A stretch of DNA of 64,000 nucleotides from NCBI GenBank assembly GCA_963795105.1, contig CAWCGD010000001.1, forward strand, positions 917,097 to 981,096, given 5' to 3'. The DNA comes from an uncultured Actinomycetota bacterium. GTDB lineage: Bacteria > Actinomycetota > Actinomycetes > Propionibacteriales > Nocardioidaceae. This document shows positions 20,066-28,774 of this stretch, piece after piece. Positions within the stretch are counted from its first letter, which is position 1. Each line of letters begins with the position of its first letter. The translations under genes were made by a program, and so were the position numbers. The notes below the pieces were generated by a model, which worked only from the letters and a program-made list of their open reading frames with translations, ran no database searches and was not told where the DNA came from.

Positions 20066-20961
20066 GCGCACGCACCGACGTCACGATCCCGTCCGGCGAT
20101 GACACTCTCGCCGCGTGGCTATATCTCCCCGATCGGCGAGGTGGCGGCAAGCCACCGGTGATCGTGATGGCCCACGGTCTCGGAGCCGTCAAGGAGATGC
20201 GACTCGACGCCTACGCCGAGAGGTTCGTAGCAGCCGGTTACGCCTGCGTGGTCTTCGACTATCGACACTTCGGCGGGAGCACCGGCGAGCCACGTCAGCT
20301 ACTCGACATCAAGCGCCAGATCGAGGACTGGAAGGCCGCCCTCGCCTGGACGCGCGCGTCGAGTGACGTCGACGGCTCGCGTGTCGTCATCTGGGGCTCG
20401 TCGTTCGGCGGCGGCCACGCGATCTGGATGGCTGCCGAGGACCATGACGTTGCCGCTGCAATTGCGCAGTGCCCGTTCACCGACGGACTGGCGTCACTGC
20501 GCACGATGGCGCCGATCTCAATCGCCAAGGTCATCCCCCTTGCCCTGCGCGACCTCGTCGCCAATGCTCTCGGCCGCGGCCCGGTCTACGTCGCGTCGGC
20601 CGGCCCTGCCGGGTCGGCTGCCTTGATGACCGCGTGGGACTGCGAATCTGGATATCTCGCGCTGACCCCGGGCGCGCCCACATTCCAGAATCGCGTCGCC
20701 GCCCGCTTCGCCTTGCACATTGATCGGCACTCCCCGGGCCGGCGAGCCAAGGAGATTCAGGCGCCCATCTTCTTCGCCATCTGCCGCAAGGACACCGTCG
20801 CCCCGGCCAAGGTGGCACAGCGCCAGGCAGAAAAGGCGCCGCACGGCGAGGTGAAGGTCTACCCCTTCGGTCACTTCGACATCTACCTCGGCGACGGATT
20901 CGATCAAGCCGTCACGGACTACATCGACTTCCTGCAGCGGCACGTCCCGGTGGACGCCTGA
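20062..20961 (+). CDS. Alpha/beta hydrolase (serine peptidase S15/S33-like)
   Basis: VIVMAHG, FDYRHFGGSTGEPR, WGSSFGGG nucleophile elbow, catalytic D and H (GHFDIY); ATGA overlap with the upstream stop. Confidence 0.85.
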   Translation: MSARTDVTIPSGDDTLAAWLYLPDRRGGGKPPVIVMAHGLGAVKEMRLDAYAERFVAAGYACVVFDYRHFGGSTGEPRQLLDIKRQIEDWKAALAWTRASSDVDGSRVVIWGSSFGGGHAIWMAAEDHDVAAAIAQCPFTDGLASLRTMAPISIAKVIPLALRDLVANALGRGPVYVASAGPAGSAALMTAWDCESGYLALTPGAPTFQNRVAARFALHIDRHSPGRRAKEIQAPIFFAICRKDTVAPAKVAQRQAEKAPHGEVKVYPFGHFDIYLGDGFDQAVTDYIDFLQRHVPVDA

Positions 20962-21039
20962 TTCCTCGCCCGGGCCGGTTTGGGCGGTCCGCCCCATGCC
21001 CGATAAGATCGGACACCGGCCTTCGGGTCGCACCCACAC

Positions 21040-21112
21040 GGGGCATTGGCGCAGTTGGTAGCGCGCTTCCATGGCATGGAAGAGGTCAGGAGTTCGAATC
21101 TCCTATGCTCCA
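21040..21112 (+). tRNA. tRNA-Ala (anticodon GGC)
   Basis: Acceptor stem GGGGCAT/ATGCTCC, D-arm GCGC-AGTTGGTA-GCGC, anticodon arm CTTCC-ATGGCAT-GGAAG, T-arm with GTTCGAATC; CCA end not fully encoded. Confidence 0.97.
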
Positions 21113-21290
21113 CTTCGACGTAACGGCGGGCAGGTCAATGCGGTTGTGATCCCCATGTGGGTCGCCGGGCGCCCACAGTTCGCGCGGGAGAGCGGGTCCT
21201 GGGTTGGCCCAGATCGGCCGCCCCGCGTAAGGTGGACAAAGGTGCGCCGGGAAGACGGGTCGGCAACGACGTCGTCGACCCAAGGAACCC

Positions 21291-22598
21291 ATGCCGCCTT
21301 CTGATGCAACTCGTGTTCCCGCGCGGACCCTTTTTGGACGTGTTCCGCGGCCGGAGGCCTCTCGGGTTGCCGACATTCTTCGGAAAGAGATGGTGGGCGG
21401 TGTACTGCTGCTGCTGGCTGCCGCGATCGCCATCGCTTGGGCGAACTCACCAGCCGTCGGCTCCTACGAAGCTCTGCGCGACTACAGAATCGGACCCGAA
21501 TCCGTACACCTGAACCTCTCGCTGGGCACGTGGGCCGCGGACGGACTGTTGGCGATCTTCTTCTTCGTTGTGGGTCTGGAACTCAAGCGCGAGTTCGTCG
21601 CCGGTGACCTACGCGATCCCAGCCGAGCCGCAGTTCCGATCCTTGCTGCGATGGCGGGTGTGGTCGTGCCCGCGCTTGTCTACGTAGCAATCAATGTCAC
21701 CACCGGGGACGACGCGCTGCGAGGATGGGCCATACCGACGGCGACCGACATAGCCTTTGCAGTCGCGATCCTCGCCATGATCAGCACGCATCTGCCGGTC
21801 GCTCTAAGAACCTTCTTGCTGACTTTGGCTGTCGTCGACGACTTGTTCGCGGTAGCCGTCATCGCGGTTTTCTACACCAACGATCTGCACGCCGGATACT
21901 TGGCCGCCGCCGCGATGCCAATCGGCATTTTCGCCCTCGCCGTGCAACGCCAGATTCGACTCTGGTGGCTGCTGCTTCCGCTCGCCTTCGTTGCATGGGC
22001 CTTAGTGCACGCTTCCGGAGTCCACGCCACGGTAGCCGGCGTGCTGCTCGGCTTTACCGTCCCGGTCGTCCACGTGCAGGCTTCCGAGGGTGGCGGTGCA
22101 AGCCTTGGTCTTGCTGAGCACTTCGAGCATCGAATCAGACCAATCTCGGCCGGAATCGCGGTTCCGGTCTTTGCCTTCTTCGCCGCGGGCGTGACGATTG
22201 GGGGCTTCGCGGGCCTCCTCCAGTCGTTGACCGACCGTGTCGCCCTCGGCATCGTCGTAGCGCTGGTGCTGGGCAAGTCACTCGGCATTTTCGCCATGAC
22301 CTGGGCTGCGGCCCGCTTTACCCGAGCCACTCTCGACCCGAACCTTCGCTGGCTCGACATCCTGGGTGTTTCCATGCTGGCCGGAATCGGGTTCACCGTT
22401 TCGCTGCTCATCGGCGACCTCGCCTTCGGAGCAAGCAGCACCCGTGCTGAGCATGTCAAGGTCGCCGTTCTGACCGCGTCCGTCGTCGCCTCACTCCTCG
22501 CTGGCGTCACTCTCAAATCACGCGACCGCCACTATCGCCGAATGGAAGAAGCCGATAACGGCGAAGGCGGCCCAGACGGCACGCCCGCCCATCTATGA
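21291..22598 (+). CDS. nhaA: Na+/H+ antiporter NhaA
   Basis: DGLLAIFFFVVGLELKRE, GWAIPTATDIAFA, FLLTLAVVDDL (catalytic DD), LAGIGFTVSL. Confidence 0.93.
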   Translation: MPPSDATRVPARTLFGRVPRPEASRVADILRKEMVGGVLLLLAAAIAIAWANSPAVGSYEALRDYRIGPESVHLNLSLGTWAADGLLAIFFFVVGLELKREFVAGDLRDPSRAAVPILAAMAGVVVPALVYVAINVTTGDDALRGWAIPTATDIAFAVAILAMISTHLPVALRTFLLTLAVVDDLFAVAVIAVFYTNDLHAGYLAAAAMPIGIFALAVQRQIRLWWLLLPLAFVAWALVHASGVHATVAGVLLGFTVPVVHVQASEGGGASLGLAEHFEHRIRPISAGIAVPVFAFFAAGVTIGGFAGLLQSLTDRVALGIVVALVLGKSLGIFAMTWAAARFTRATLDPNLRWLDILGVSMLAGIGFTVSLLIGDLAFGASSTRAEHVKVAVLTASVVASLLAGVTLKSRDRHYRRMEEADNGEGGPDGTPAHL

Positions 22599-22659
22599 AT
22601 AGGCGCTCGTCGCCTGAACGACAGGAACGCCTCAATGCACGTCGAAGGGAAGATTGAAA

Positions 22660-23217
22660 ATGCGTAGGTACTTCGCCATCATCGCAACTCTCGGACTCCT
22701 TACAGGATGCGAACTCCCATCGCCCAAGCCGACGGCAAACGGAGAAGTCATTGGGAGCTCGGAGGATCTCGTCATCGGCTACGGGTCGCTAGGTCCAGCG
22801 AAAGTGGGCATGACTAAGCGGGAAGCATTGGACACTGGCCTGTTCGGCCGTCAGAAGTACGACCCCGCCAAGAAGTGCAAAGCATCTGCATTGAAGTGGA
22901 AGAAGCAGTTCAAGGGCGTTGAGGTCCGGACCGACACGGCCGGCACGATCCGATCCCTCGGTGTCGTTGGCCCTGGCCCTAAAACGCAGTACGGAATTCA
23001 GGTTGGGAGCGACCTAGCGGACGTTCGTGGGTCGTATGCATCGGCACTACGCGGTCCCTCAAAGATTGGCCCCAAGCTCTCAGTGGGATTCACTCAAAAG
23101 GACGACGCATGGATCGGATTCCTGTTTGACGATGACCCGTCGGACGAGGTCTTGGATCCAATCATCTTCATCGAAGTAACCAAGGGGTCCAAGCCGCAGC
23201 TCCGCAGGACCTGCTGA
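22660..23217 (+). CDS. Hypothetical lipoprotein
   Basis: MRR plus hydrophobic stretch and lipobox LTGC; the region looks less GC-rich than its neighbours. Confidence 0.65.
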   Translation: MRRYFAIIATLGLLTGCELPSPKPTANGEVIGSSEDLVIGYGSLGPAKVGMTKREALDTGLFGRQKYDPAKKCKASALKWKKQFKGVEVRTDTAGTIRSLGVVGPGPKTQYGIQVGSDLADVRGSYASALRGPSKIGPKLSVGFTQKDDAWIGFLFDDDPSDEVLDPIIFIEVTKGSKPQLRRTC

Positions 23218-23229
23218 TCGCGCCCCGAA

Positions 23230-23646
23230 TGGGACCTCATCGGCACGTTACGCCGCTTGCGAACTGAACCCTCGCAGCCGAGCAGGGCTAGTTTGTGGTC
23301 CCAGCCAAGCTGGCCACCGATCTGCTGCAGCGGCAGTCCGCCCTCATGGAGCTGAACTGCCTGATCGATCTCCGCCTGGCCGATGGTTCGGCTCTGACGG
23401 ATGGCGACCCTGACGTCGGCAGCAACTGGCTGATCGATGGCCGCTTGTCGCATACCGCTGGGCCGAACTGGCCATTGTGGCTCCAGCCTCGTAGGCGGCA
23501 ATAACGGCCTGGCGTTGCTCGTTACTGAACCGGCGGAAGTTCCGAGACGGCTGTGACGGACGTGCCACGGGAGCCGCTACCGGAGCAAACTCCAAGGAAG
23601 TGAGAAGCGCGTCCAAATGTTTCGAACTTGGTCCCTTTAGGACCAC
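23230..23646 (-). pseudogene. Degraded double helix-turn-helix protein of a type often seen at tRNA-adjacent integrative elements
   Basis: Fragments in different frames: RRFSNEQRQAVIAAYEAGATMA / RQG.AIRQSRTIGQAEIDQAVQLHEGGLPLQQIGGQLGWDH / PMRSHSGR; flanking genes are intact. Confidence 0.5.
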
Positions 23647-23684
23647 AAATCTGGGCCGTTCTCTGGGCGGCCCTGTTCTGTGCG

Positions 23685-24626
23685 TCAGCTGTCGAGCGCG
23701 TCGACGAAGGCGACCAGTTCAGGGACGATGCGTTCGTAGGCGTCTTCCTGCAAGTAGTGGCCCGCATCCTCCAGTCGCGTGACCGCGGCGTCGGGGAAGG
23801 TGTCGAGCCACATCGTGTCGAGATAGCTCGGTAGGAACGCGACGTCCTTCATGGCCCAGACAATGTGAACGGGTTTGGACCGGAAGTGCTCCTTCATGCG
23901 CGCTTCGATGGTCGCGGTCATCTCCACCACCGGTCCCTGGCCGTCGACCGGGATCTCGCGAGGGAACACCAGCATCGCGGTGCGCTCGGACCAACCTTGA
24001 TGGACGTCACGGTAGGCGCTCTTGATCGTGGGCGTGAGGCGATCGCGGTGGGTCACGCCTTGCCCGAACAGGAAGCCTCGCTTGAACCCATCAAGGCCCT
24101 TCACCAGGACTTCGCCGACGCCAGGGGTCCGGAACAGCCGCAAGGGCAAGGGGAGCGAGATTCTCTGCTTGCCTGGCGGGAGAATTTCCGGCCGGAATCC
24201 GTGAGCGAACGTGTTGAGAATAAACAGCCCGGCGACCCGCTCGGGATGTTGCGTCGCCCAGTACAGCCCGATCGGACCACCCCAATCCTGGGGCACGACC
24301 GTGGTGCCACGAAGATTCAACGATTCGAGCAGCTCATCGAGACGAGCGGCGTGCCGCGGCACGCGATACAACTCGGGCTGGTTGGGTTTGTCCGAACGCC
24401 CGAACCCCAAATGGTCCGGAACGATGACCCGGTGGCCCGCCTCCACCAAGGGATCGATGAAATTGCGGTACAGGTAACCCCACGTCGGGTTTCCGTGAAC
24501 CAGAACGACAGGACGGCCTTCTCGAGGGCCCTCATCGATGTAGTGCATTCGGCCGTCGGCCGAGTCGAACCACTTGGGTTCGTAGGGCCACGTCCCCTTG
24601 AATGTCCAGTCCACCACCGTCGCCAT
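23685..24626 (-). CDS. Haloalkane dehalogenase-like alpha/beta hydrolase
   Basis: MHYIDEG, HGNPTW, DHLGFGRSDKP, QDWGG (Asp nucleophile plus Trp), HYLQED. Confidence 0.85.
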   Translation of the reverse strand: MATVVDWTFKGTWPYEPKWFDSADGRMHYIDEGPREGRPVVLVHGNPTWGYLYRNFIDPLVEAGHRVIVPDHLGFGRSDKPNQPELYRVPRHAARLDELLESLNLRGTTVVPQDWGGPIGLYWATQHPERVAGLFILNTFAHGFRPEILPPGKQRISLPLPLRLFRTPGVGEVLVKGLDGFKRGFLFGQGVTHRDRLTPTIKSAYRDVHQGWSERTAMLVFPREIPVDGQGPVVEMTATIEARMKEHFRSKPVHIVWAMKDVAFLPSYLDTMWLDTFPDAAVTRLEDAGHYLQEDAYERIVPELVAFVDALDS

Positions 24627-24681
24627 AGACAGACTCTAGGCCCACCGCGCTTCGGCCGCCGCCGAGAGTAACGTCCCCGGC

Positions 24682-25500
24682 ATGACTACGGCAGGCGCGG
24701 GCGACACCGCCTTCACCGGCTCCGTTCCCGAGCTGTATGAACGGCTTCTCGTTCCGATGATCTTCGCCGAACCGGCCCGCACACTCGCGACGGCGGTCGG
24801 CGAGGCCAAGCCAACCGACGTCCTCGAGACGGCCGCCGGCACCGGCGCCCTCACCCGCGAGCTCGAGCACGCAGGTGGAATGAACATTGTGGCCACCGAC
24901 CTCAACGCCGCCATGGTGCAGAAGGCCGAAGCGCTTGGGTTCGGCGAGCGCGTGCGCTGGCAGGTCGCAGACGCGCTCGACCTGCCCTTCTCCGATGGTT
25001 CGTTCGACGCCATCGCCTGCCAGTTCGGCGTGATGTTCTTTCCGGACAAGGTGCACGGCTACGCCGAGGCCCGTCGCGTGCTGCGCCCCGGCGGCCTGTT
25101 CGCGTTCAACGTCTGGGATCGGATCGAGACAAGCGTTGTCGCAGAGGTCGTCACCGAAGCCCTGCATGCCGCCGCGCCGGACGGCTCCTTGCAGTTCCTC
25201 CGCCGAACACCTCACGGGCACGGCGACGACACCAGGATTCGGGCAGACCTCGACGCCGCAGGCTTCGATGAGATCCAGATCGAGTATGCCGACGGCACGA
25301 GCCATTGCACGCCTGAGGAGGGTGCACTGGCGTACTGCCAAGGCACGCCTCTACGCGGCGAGATCGAGGCCAATCCGACGATCAGTCTTGACGATGCCAC
25401 GGCCATTGCCACCGCGGCGCTGGAAAGCCGATTCGGAGCCGAGCCGTTCGACGCACCCACACGATGGCTTCAGGTGACCGCACGCCGACCCGGGAGTTGA
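24682..25500 (+). CDS. Class I SAM-dependent methyltransferase (UbiE-like)
   Basis: VLETAAGTG, DALDLPFSDGSFD, RRVLRPGG. Confidence 0.85.
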   Translation: MTTAGAGDTAFTGSVPELYERLLVPMIFAEPARTLATAVGEAKPTDVLETAAGTGALTRELEHAGGMNIVATDLNAAMVQKAEALGFGERVRWQVADALDLPFSDGSFDAIACQFGVMFFPDKVHGYAEARRVLRPGGLFAFNVWDRIETSVVAEVVTEALHAAAPDGSLQFLRRTPHGHGDDTRIRADLDAAGFDEIQIEYADGTSHCTPEEGALAYCQGTPLRGEIEANPTISLDDATAIATAALESRFGAEPFDAPTRWLQVTARRPGS

Positions 25501-25521
25501 CCCTTCTTCGCGATTTTGGAA

Positions 25522-25540
25522 TATACCCCCTGAGGGTATA
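25522..25540. promoter_or_regulatory. CsoR/RicR-type copper-responsive operator (TATACCC-N5-GGGTATA)
   Basis: Perfect 7-bp inverted repeat matching the TAC-C-tract/G-tract-GTA pattern of CsoR-family sites, 42 nt upstream of the DUF4396 gene. Confidence 0.75.
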
Positions 25541-25581
25541 GTTGCCCGAGGCGTGACGCCGCCGCTGAAAGGACACCGCTC

Positions 25582-26103
25582 ATGAGTACACATGGACACG
25601 ATCACGGGAGTACCCAACGCTTGGAGCACCACGGTCACCACCACGGCGCACCGCCGGCCCCGAGCGGCAGCGAACTGACCCGCAACGCCGTCTCGGCGAC
25701 CCTCCACTGCCTGACCGGCTGCGCCATCGGCGAAGTCCTCGGCATCGTCATCGGCACCGCTTTGGGCTGGAGCAACACCGCCACGGTCATCCTCGCGGTC
25801 GTGCTCGCGTTCTTCTTTGGCTACTCCCTGACCATGCGGCCAGTGCTCAGCGCCGGCCTCAGCCTCGGCGAGGCCCTGCGCGTCGCGCTCGCCGCCGACA
25901 CGCTGTCGATCACCGTGATGGAGATCGTCGACAACGCCTTCATCCTGGCCATCCCTGGTGCCATGGACGCCGGCCTGAGCAGCGCACTGTTCTGGTCGAC
26001 ACTGGCAGCTGCGCTGGCCATCGCCTTCATCGTGACTGTGCCCGTCAACCGGTGGCTCATCGCCCGGGGCCAAGGCCACGCGGTCGTCCACCAATTCCAC
26101 TGA
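25582..26103 (+). CDS. DUF4396 family membrane protein with His-rich N-terminus
   Basis: ATLHCLTGCAIGEVLG, ADTLSITVMEIVDN, PVNRWLIARGQGH. Confidence 0.85.
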   Translation: MSTHGHDHGSTQRLEHHGHHHGAPPAPSGSELTRNAVSATLHCLTGCAIGEVLGIVIGTALGWSNTATVILAVVLAFFFGYSLTMRPVLSAGLSLGEALRVALAADTLSITVMEIVDNAFILAIPGAMDAGLSSALFWSTLAAALAIAFIVTVPVNRWLIARGQGHAVVHQFH

Positions 26104-26129
26104 CCCCGAGTACCTTGAGAGTGATACCC

Positions 26130-26681
26130 ATGCGCAAAACCCTCCTCGCCGCTGTCGGCGCCGCCACCCTGCTGCTCGCCACCGCATGCAGCGGCGTCAA
26201 CCCGGACGCGACCGATGCCGGCTCACCGCACAACGAGTCCGACGTCTCGTTTTCCGAAATGATGGTCCCGCACCACCAGCAGGCGGTTGAGATGGCCACG
26301 CTGGCCGAGACGCGCGCGGAAAGCCAAGGGGTCAAGGACCTCGCGACCACCATCAAGGCAGCGCAGGACCCGGAAATCCAAACCATGCAGGGCTGGCTCG
26401 AGTCTTGGAATGAGGACGGGATGTCCCACGAGATGAGCCACGAAGACATGCCCGGCATGGTCGACGACAAGACGATGGGCGACTTGGGCAAGGCAACCGG
26501 AGCCGAGTTCGACCGTCAGTTCTTGACCGCGATGATCGCCCATCACGAGGGAGCTATCGCGATGGCCGAGTCGGAGAAGTCGGACGGCGTCCACAAGGGA
26601 TCGCTGCGCCTCGCGGACGCGATCATCAAGACCCAAAATGCCGAGATCAAGCAGATGCAGAGACTGCTCGCCGGGAGCTGA
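26130..26681 (+). CDS. DUF305 (CopM-like) lipoprotein
   Basis: Lipobox ATAC; duplicated MM.PHHQQAVEMA / MIAHHEGAIAMA Met/His-rich helices. Confidence 0.88.
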   Translation: MRKTLLAAVGAATLLLATACSGVNPDATDAGSPHNESDVSFSEMMVPHHQQAVEMATLAETRAESQGVKDLATTIKAAQDPEIQTMQGWLESWNEDGMSHEMSHEDMPGMVDDKTMGDLGKATGAEFDRQFLTAMIAHHEGAIAMAESEKSDGVHKGSLRLADAIIKTQNAEIKQMQRLLAGS

Positions 26682-26684
26682 CGG

Positions 26685-27092
26685 TTAAGCCGGTGCGATC
26701 TCGGCGATCAGCGCCTCGACCCGCACCCTGATCTCGTCGCGAATCGGCCGGACGGCCTCGATCCCTTGGCCAGCCGGGTCGTCGAGCACCCAGTCCTCGT
26801 AGCGCTTGCCCGGGAAGAACGGGCAGGTGTCGCCACATCCCATGGTGATGACGACGTCAGAGTCCTGAACAGCCTCGGTGGACAGCACCTTCGGCTGGTT
26901 GCCGGCGATGTCGATGCCCTCCTCAGCCATGGCTTCAACCGCTACGGGGTTGACGCCCTCAGCAGGCTCGGAGCCGGCCGACAGCACCGTCACCCGGTCG
27001 CCGGCGAGGTGGTGCAGATACCCAGCGGCCATCTGCGAACGGCCTGCATTGTGGACGCAGACGAACAGGACGGTGGGTCGGTGCTCAGTCAC
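26685..27092 (-). CDS. arsC: Low-molecular-weight PTP-fold arsenate reductase ArsC
   Basis: VLFVCVHNAGRSQMA, TMGCGDTCP, WVLDDPAG; GTG overlaps the arsR stop. Confidence 0.9.
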   Translation of the reverse strand: MTEHRPTVLFVCVHNAGRSQMAAGYLHHLAGDRVTVLSAGSEPAEGVNPVAVEAMAEEGIDIAGNQPKVLSTEAVQDSDVVITMGCGDTCPFFPGKRYEDWVLDDPAGQGIEAVRPIRDEIRVRVEALIAEIAPA

Positions 27093-27460
27093 TGGCCGCC
27101 GCCGATCAGCTCCGCGACATCCGCCAAGGCCTCCGAGCGCACTGTGTAGTAAACCCACGTCGCCCGCTTGCTGCGATCGAGCAGCCCAGCCTCATGGAGC
27201 ACCTTGAGGTGATGGCTGATCGTGGGCTGGGAGAGGTCGAAGGCATCCTGCAACTCACACACGCACGCCTGCTGACCCTCGTGGGCGGCCACCAGTGACA
27301 GCAAGCGCAACCTCACCGGGTCGGCGATCGCCTTGAGCAGCGGCGCAATTCGCTCGGCCTGGTCGGATGTCAGAGGCGAGGACGTGAGTGGTGGGCAGCA
27401 CGCCACCGTTTCGACGGGAGTCAATTCGAGCGGTGCCAACTTCAATGCGGACTTCGGCAT
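27089..27460 (-). CDS. arsR: ArsR/SmtB family repressor
   Basis: N-terminal ACC, KAIADPVRLRLL, ACVCEL, SQPTISHHLKVL; ATG at 27460. Confidence 0.9.
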   Translation of the reverse strand: MPKSALKLAPLELTPVETVACCPPLTSSPLTSDQAERIAPLLKAIADPVRLRLLSLVAAHEGQQACVCELQDAFDLSQPTISHHLKVLHEAGLLDRSKRATWVYYTVRSEALADVAELIGGGQ

Positions 27461-27468
27461 GCATCTAT

Positions 27469-27484
27469 GTTGACACACATCTAT
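27469..27484. promoter_or_regulatory. Putative ArsR box (GTTGA-N6-TCTAT) in the arsR/MFS divergent promoter
   Basis: Imperfect palindrome in the 43-nt gap; similar boxes occur at 28702 and 28739. Confidence 0.6.
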
Positions 27485-27503
27485 ATTTGCTCAAGGAGCT
27501 CCC

Positions 27504-28706
27504 GTGACCCAGGAACCAGAAGCCGCCGGTACGGCACTGACGACGCCTGAGCGCCGCGGCGTCTTGTGGACGCTGTGCCTGACCGAGATCGTCTCGTGGG
27601 GAGTCCTCTACTACGCATTCGCCGTGCTCGGGCACACGATCGCTGAGGACACCGGCTGGTCGCTGGCCCGCCTGACCGCCCTGTTCTCGGCCGCGTTGAT
27701 CGTTTCCGGCGCGGTCGGTGTCTATGCGGGCCGCATCATCCACCGACACGGCCCACGCTGGGTCATGACGATCGGCTCAGTTCTGGCGGCCGTCGCCTTG
27801 GTCATCATCGCCACCGCGCCAAACCTGCCGACGTTCGCAGCCGGCTGGCTCGTTGCCGGCATCGCGATGGCCGGCGTTCTGTACGCGCCGGCCTTCGCCG
27901 CGATCACCGTGTGGTTCGGGCCGGATCGCGTCCGGGCATTGACCGCCGTCACCCTCGTTGCCGGGTTGGCGTCAACCGTCTTCGCACCGCTGACCGCAGC
28001 GTTGGCGAACGAGCTGTCCTGGCGGAGCACTTACCTTGTGCTCGCCGCGGTCCTCGCCGTCCTGACCATCGCGCCCCACGCGATCTTCCTGCGTCCGGCG
28101 TGGCCGAAACCAAGCGACGAGCCAGCCGCGAAAGGCAGCGACACGGAACGCGCTCATCCACACGGCTTCTGGACCCTGACCATTGCGTACACGGCCATGT
28201 CGATCTGCGCCTACGCGGGGATCATCAATCTGGTGCCCTTGCTCAACGAACGTGGGTACACCGCGACCGAGGCCGCGTGGGCGCTGGGAATCGGCGGCTT
28301 CGGGCAGGTCATCGGACGGCTCGGGTATGCCCGCCTCGCCGCCCGCACCGATCTTGTCCCCCGGACCGTGGCGATCTTCGGAGTCAGTGCGGTCTCCACC
28401 GGCATCCTTGCCGTCGTTCCCGGCCCCTACATCGTGATCGTGGCCGCGTCCCTGATCGCCGGCTACACGCGTGGGCTGGCGACCTTGCTGGGGGCGACTG
28501 CCATCTCGGATCGTTGGGGCATCGACAACTACGCACGGCTCAACGGCATATTCAGTGGCCCGTTGATGGCCGCCGCCGCGATCGCGCCGTTCCTCGGCGC
28601 CGGGCTCGCCCTCCTCCCCGGAGGATTCCCGTTCGCCTTCGGCGTCCTGGCCGCCATCGGTGCACTCGGAACCGTCATTGCAGCGGCCGAACGAACCAAA
28701 CATTGA
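27504..28706 (+). CDS. MFS transporter, ArsK-like
   Basis: About 12 hydrophobic segments; N-terminal LCLTEIVSWGVLYYAF..GWS resembles ArsK-type MFS; divergent from arsR. Confidence 0.7.
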   Translation: MTQEPEAAGTALTTPERRGVLWTLCLTEIVSWGVLYYAFAVLGHTIAEDTGWSLARLTALFSAALIVSGAVGVYAGRIIHRHGPRWVMTIGSVLAAVALVIIATAPNLPTFAAGWLVAGIAMAGVLYAPAFAAITVWFGPDRVRALTAVTLVAGLASTVFAPLTAALANELSWRSTYLVLAAVLAVLTIAPHAIFLRPAWPKPSDEPAAKGSDTERAHPHGFWTLTIAYTAMSICAYAGIINLVPLLNERGYTATEAAWALGIGGFGQVIGRLGYARLAARTDLVPRTVAIFGVSAVSTGILAVVPGPYIVIVAASLIAGYTRGLATLLGATAISDRWGIDNYARLNGIFSGPLMAAAAIAPFLGAGLALLPGGFPFAFGVLAAIGALGTVIAAAERTKH

Positions 28707-28754
28707 TTTCCATCGATATTGTGGCATCCTGACGCTATATAGATGGTTATCGAT
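28702..28754 (+). promoter_or_regulatory. Two putative ArsR boxes (ATTGA-N6-TCGAT at 28702-28717; ATAGA-N6-TCGAT at 28739-28754)
   Basis: AT-rich palindromic pair with the same spacing as the box at 27469, upstream of an RBS and a small ORF. Confidence 0.6.
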
Positions 28755-28774
28755 GCATGGAGGGAGGACCGACC

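Noticed and set aside
20919-21113. ORF MEHRRFELLTSSMP..
   Set aside because: It is the antisense reading of tRNA-Ala.
24682-25500. Methyltransferase near ars genes as ArsM
   Set aside because: It lacks the conserved ArsM cysteine arrangement, has no ArsR box and is separated from the ars genes by the copper genes.
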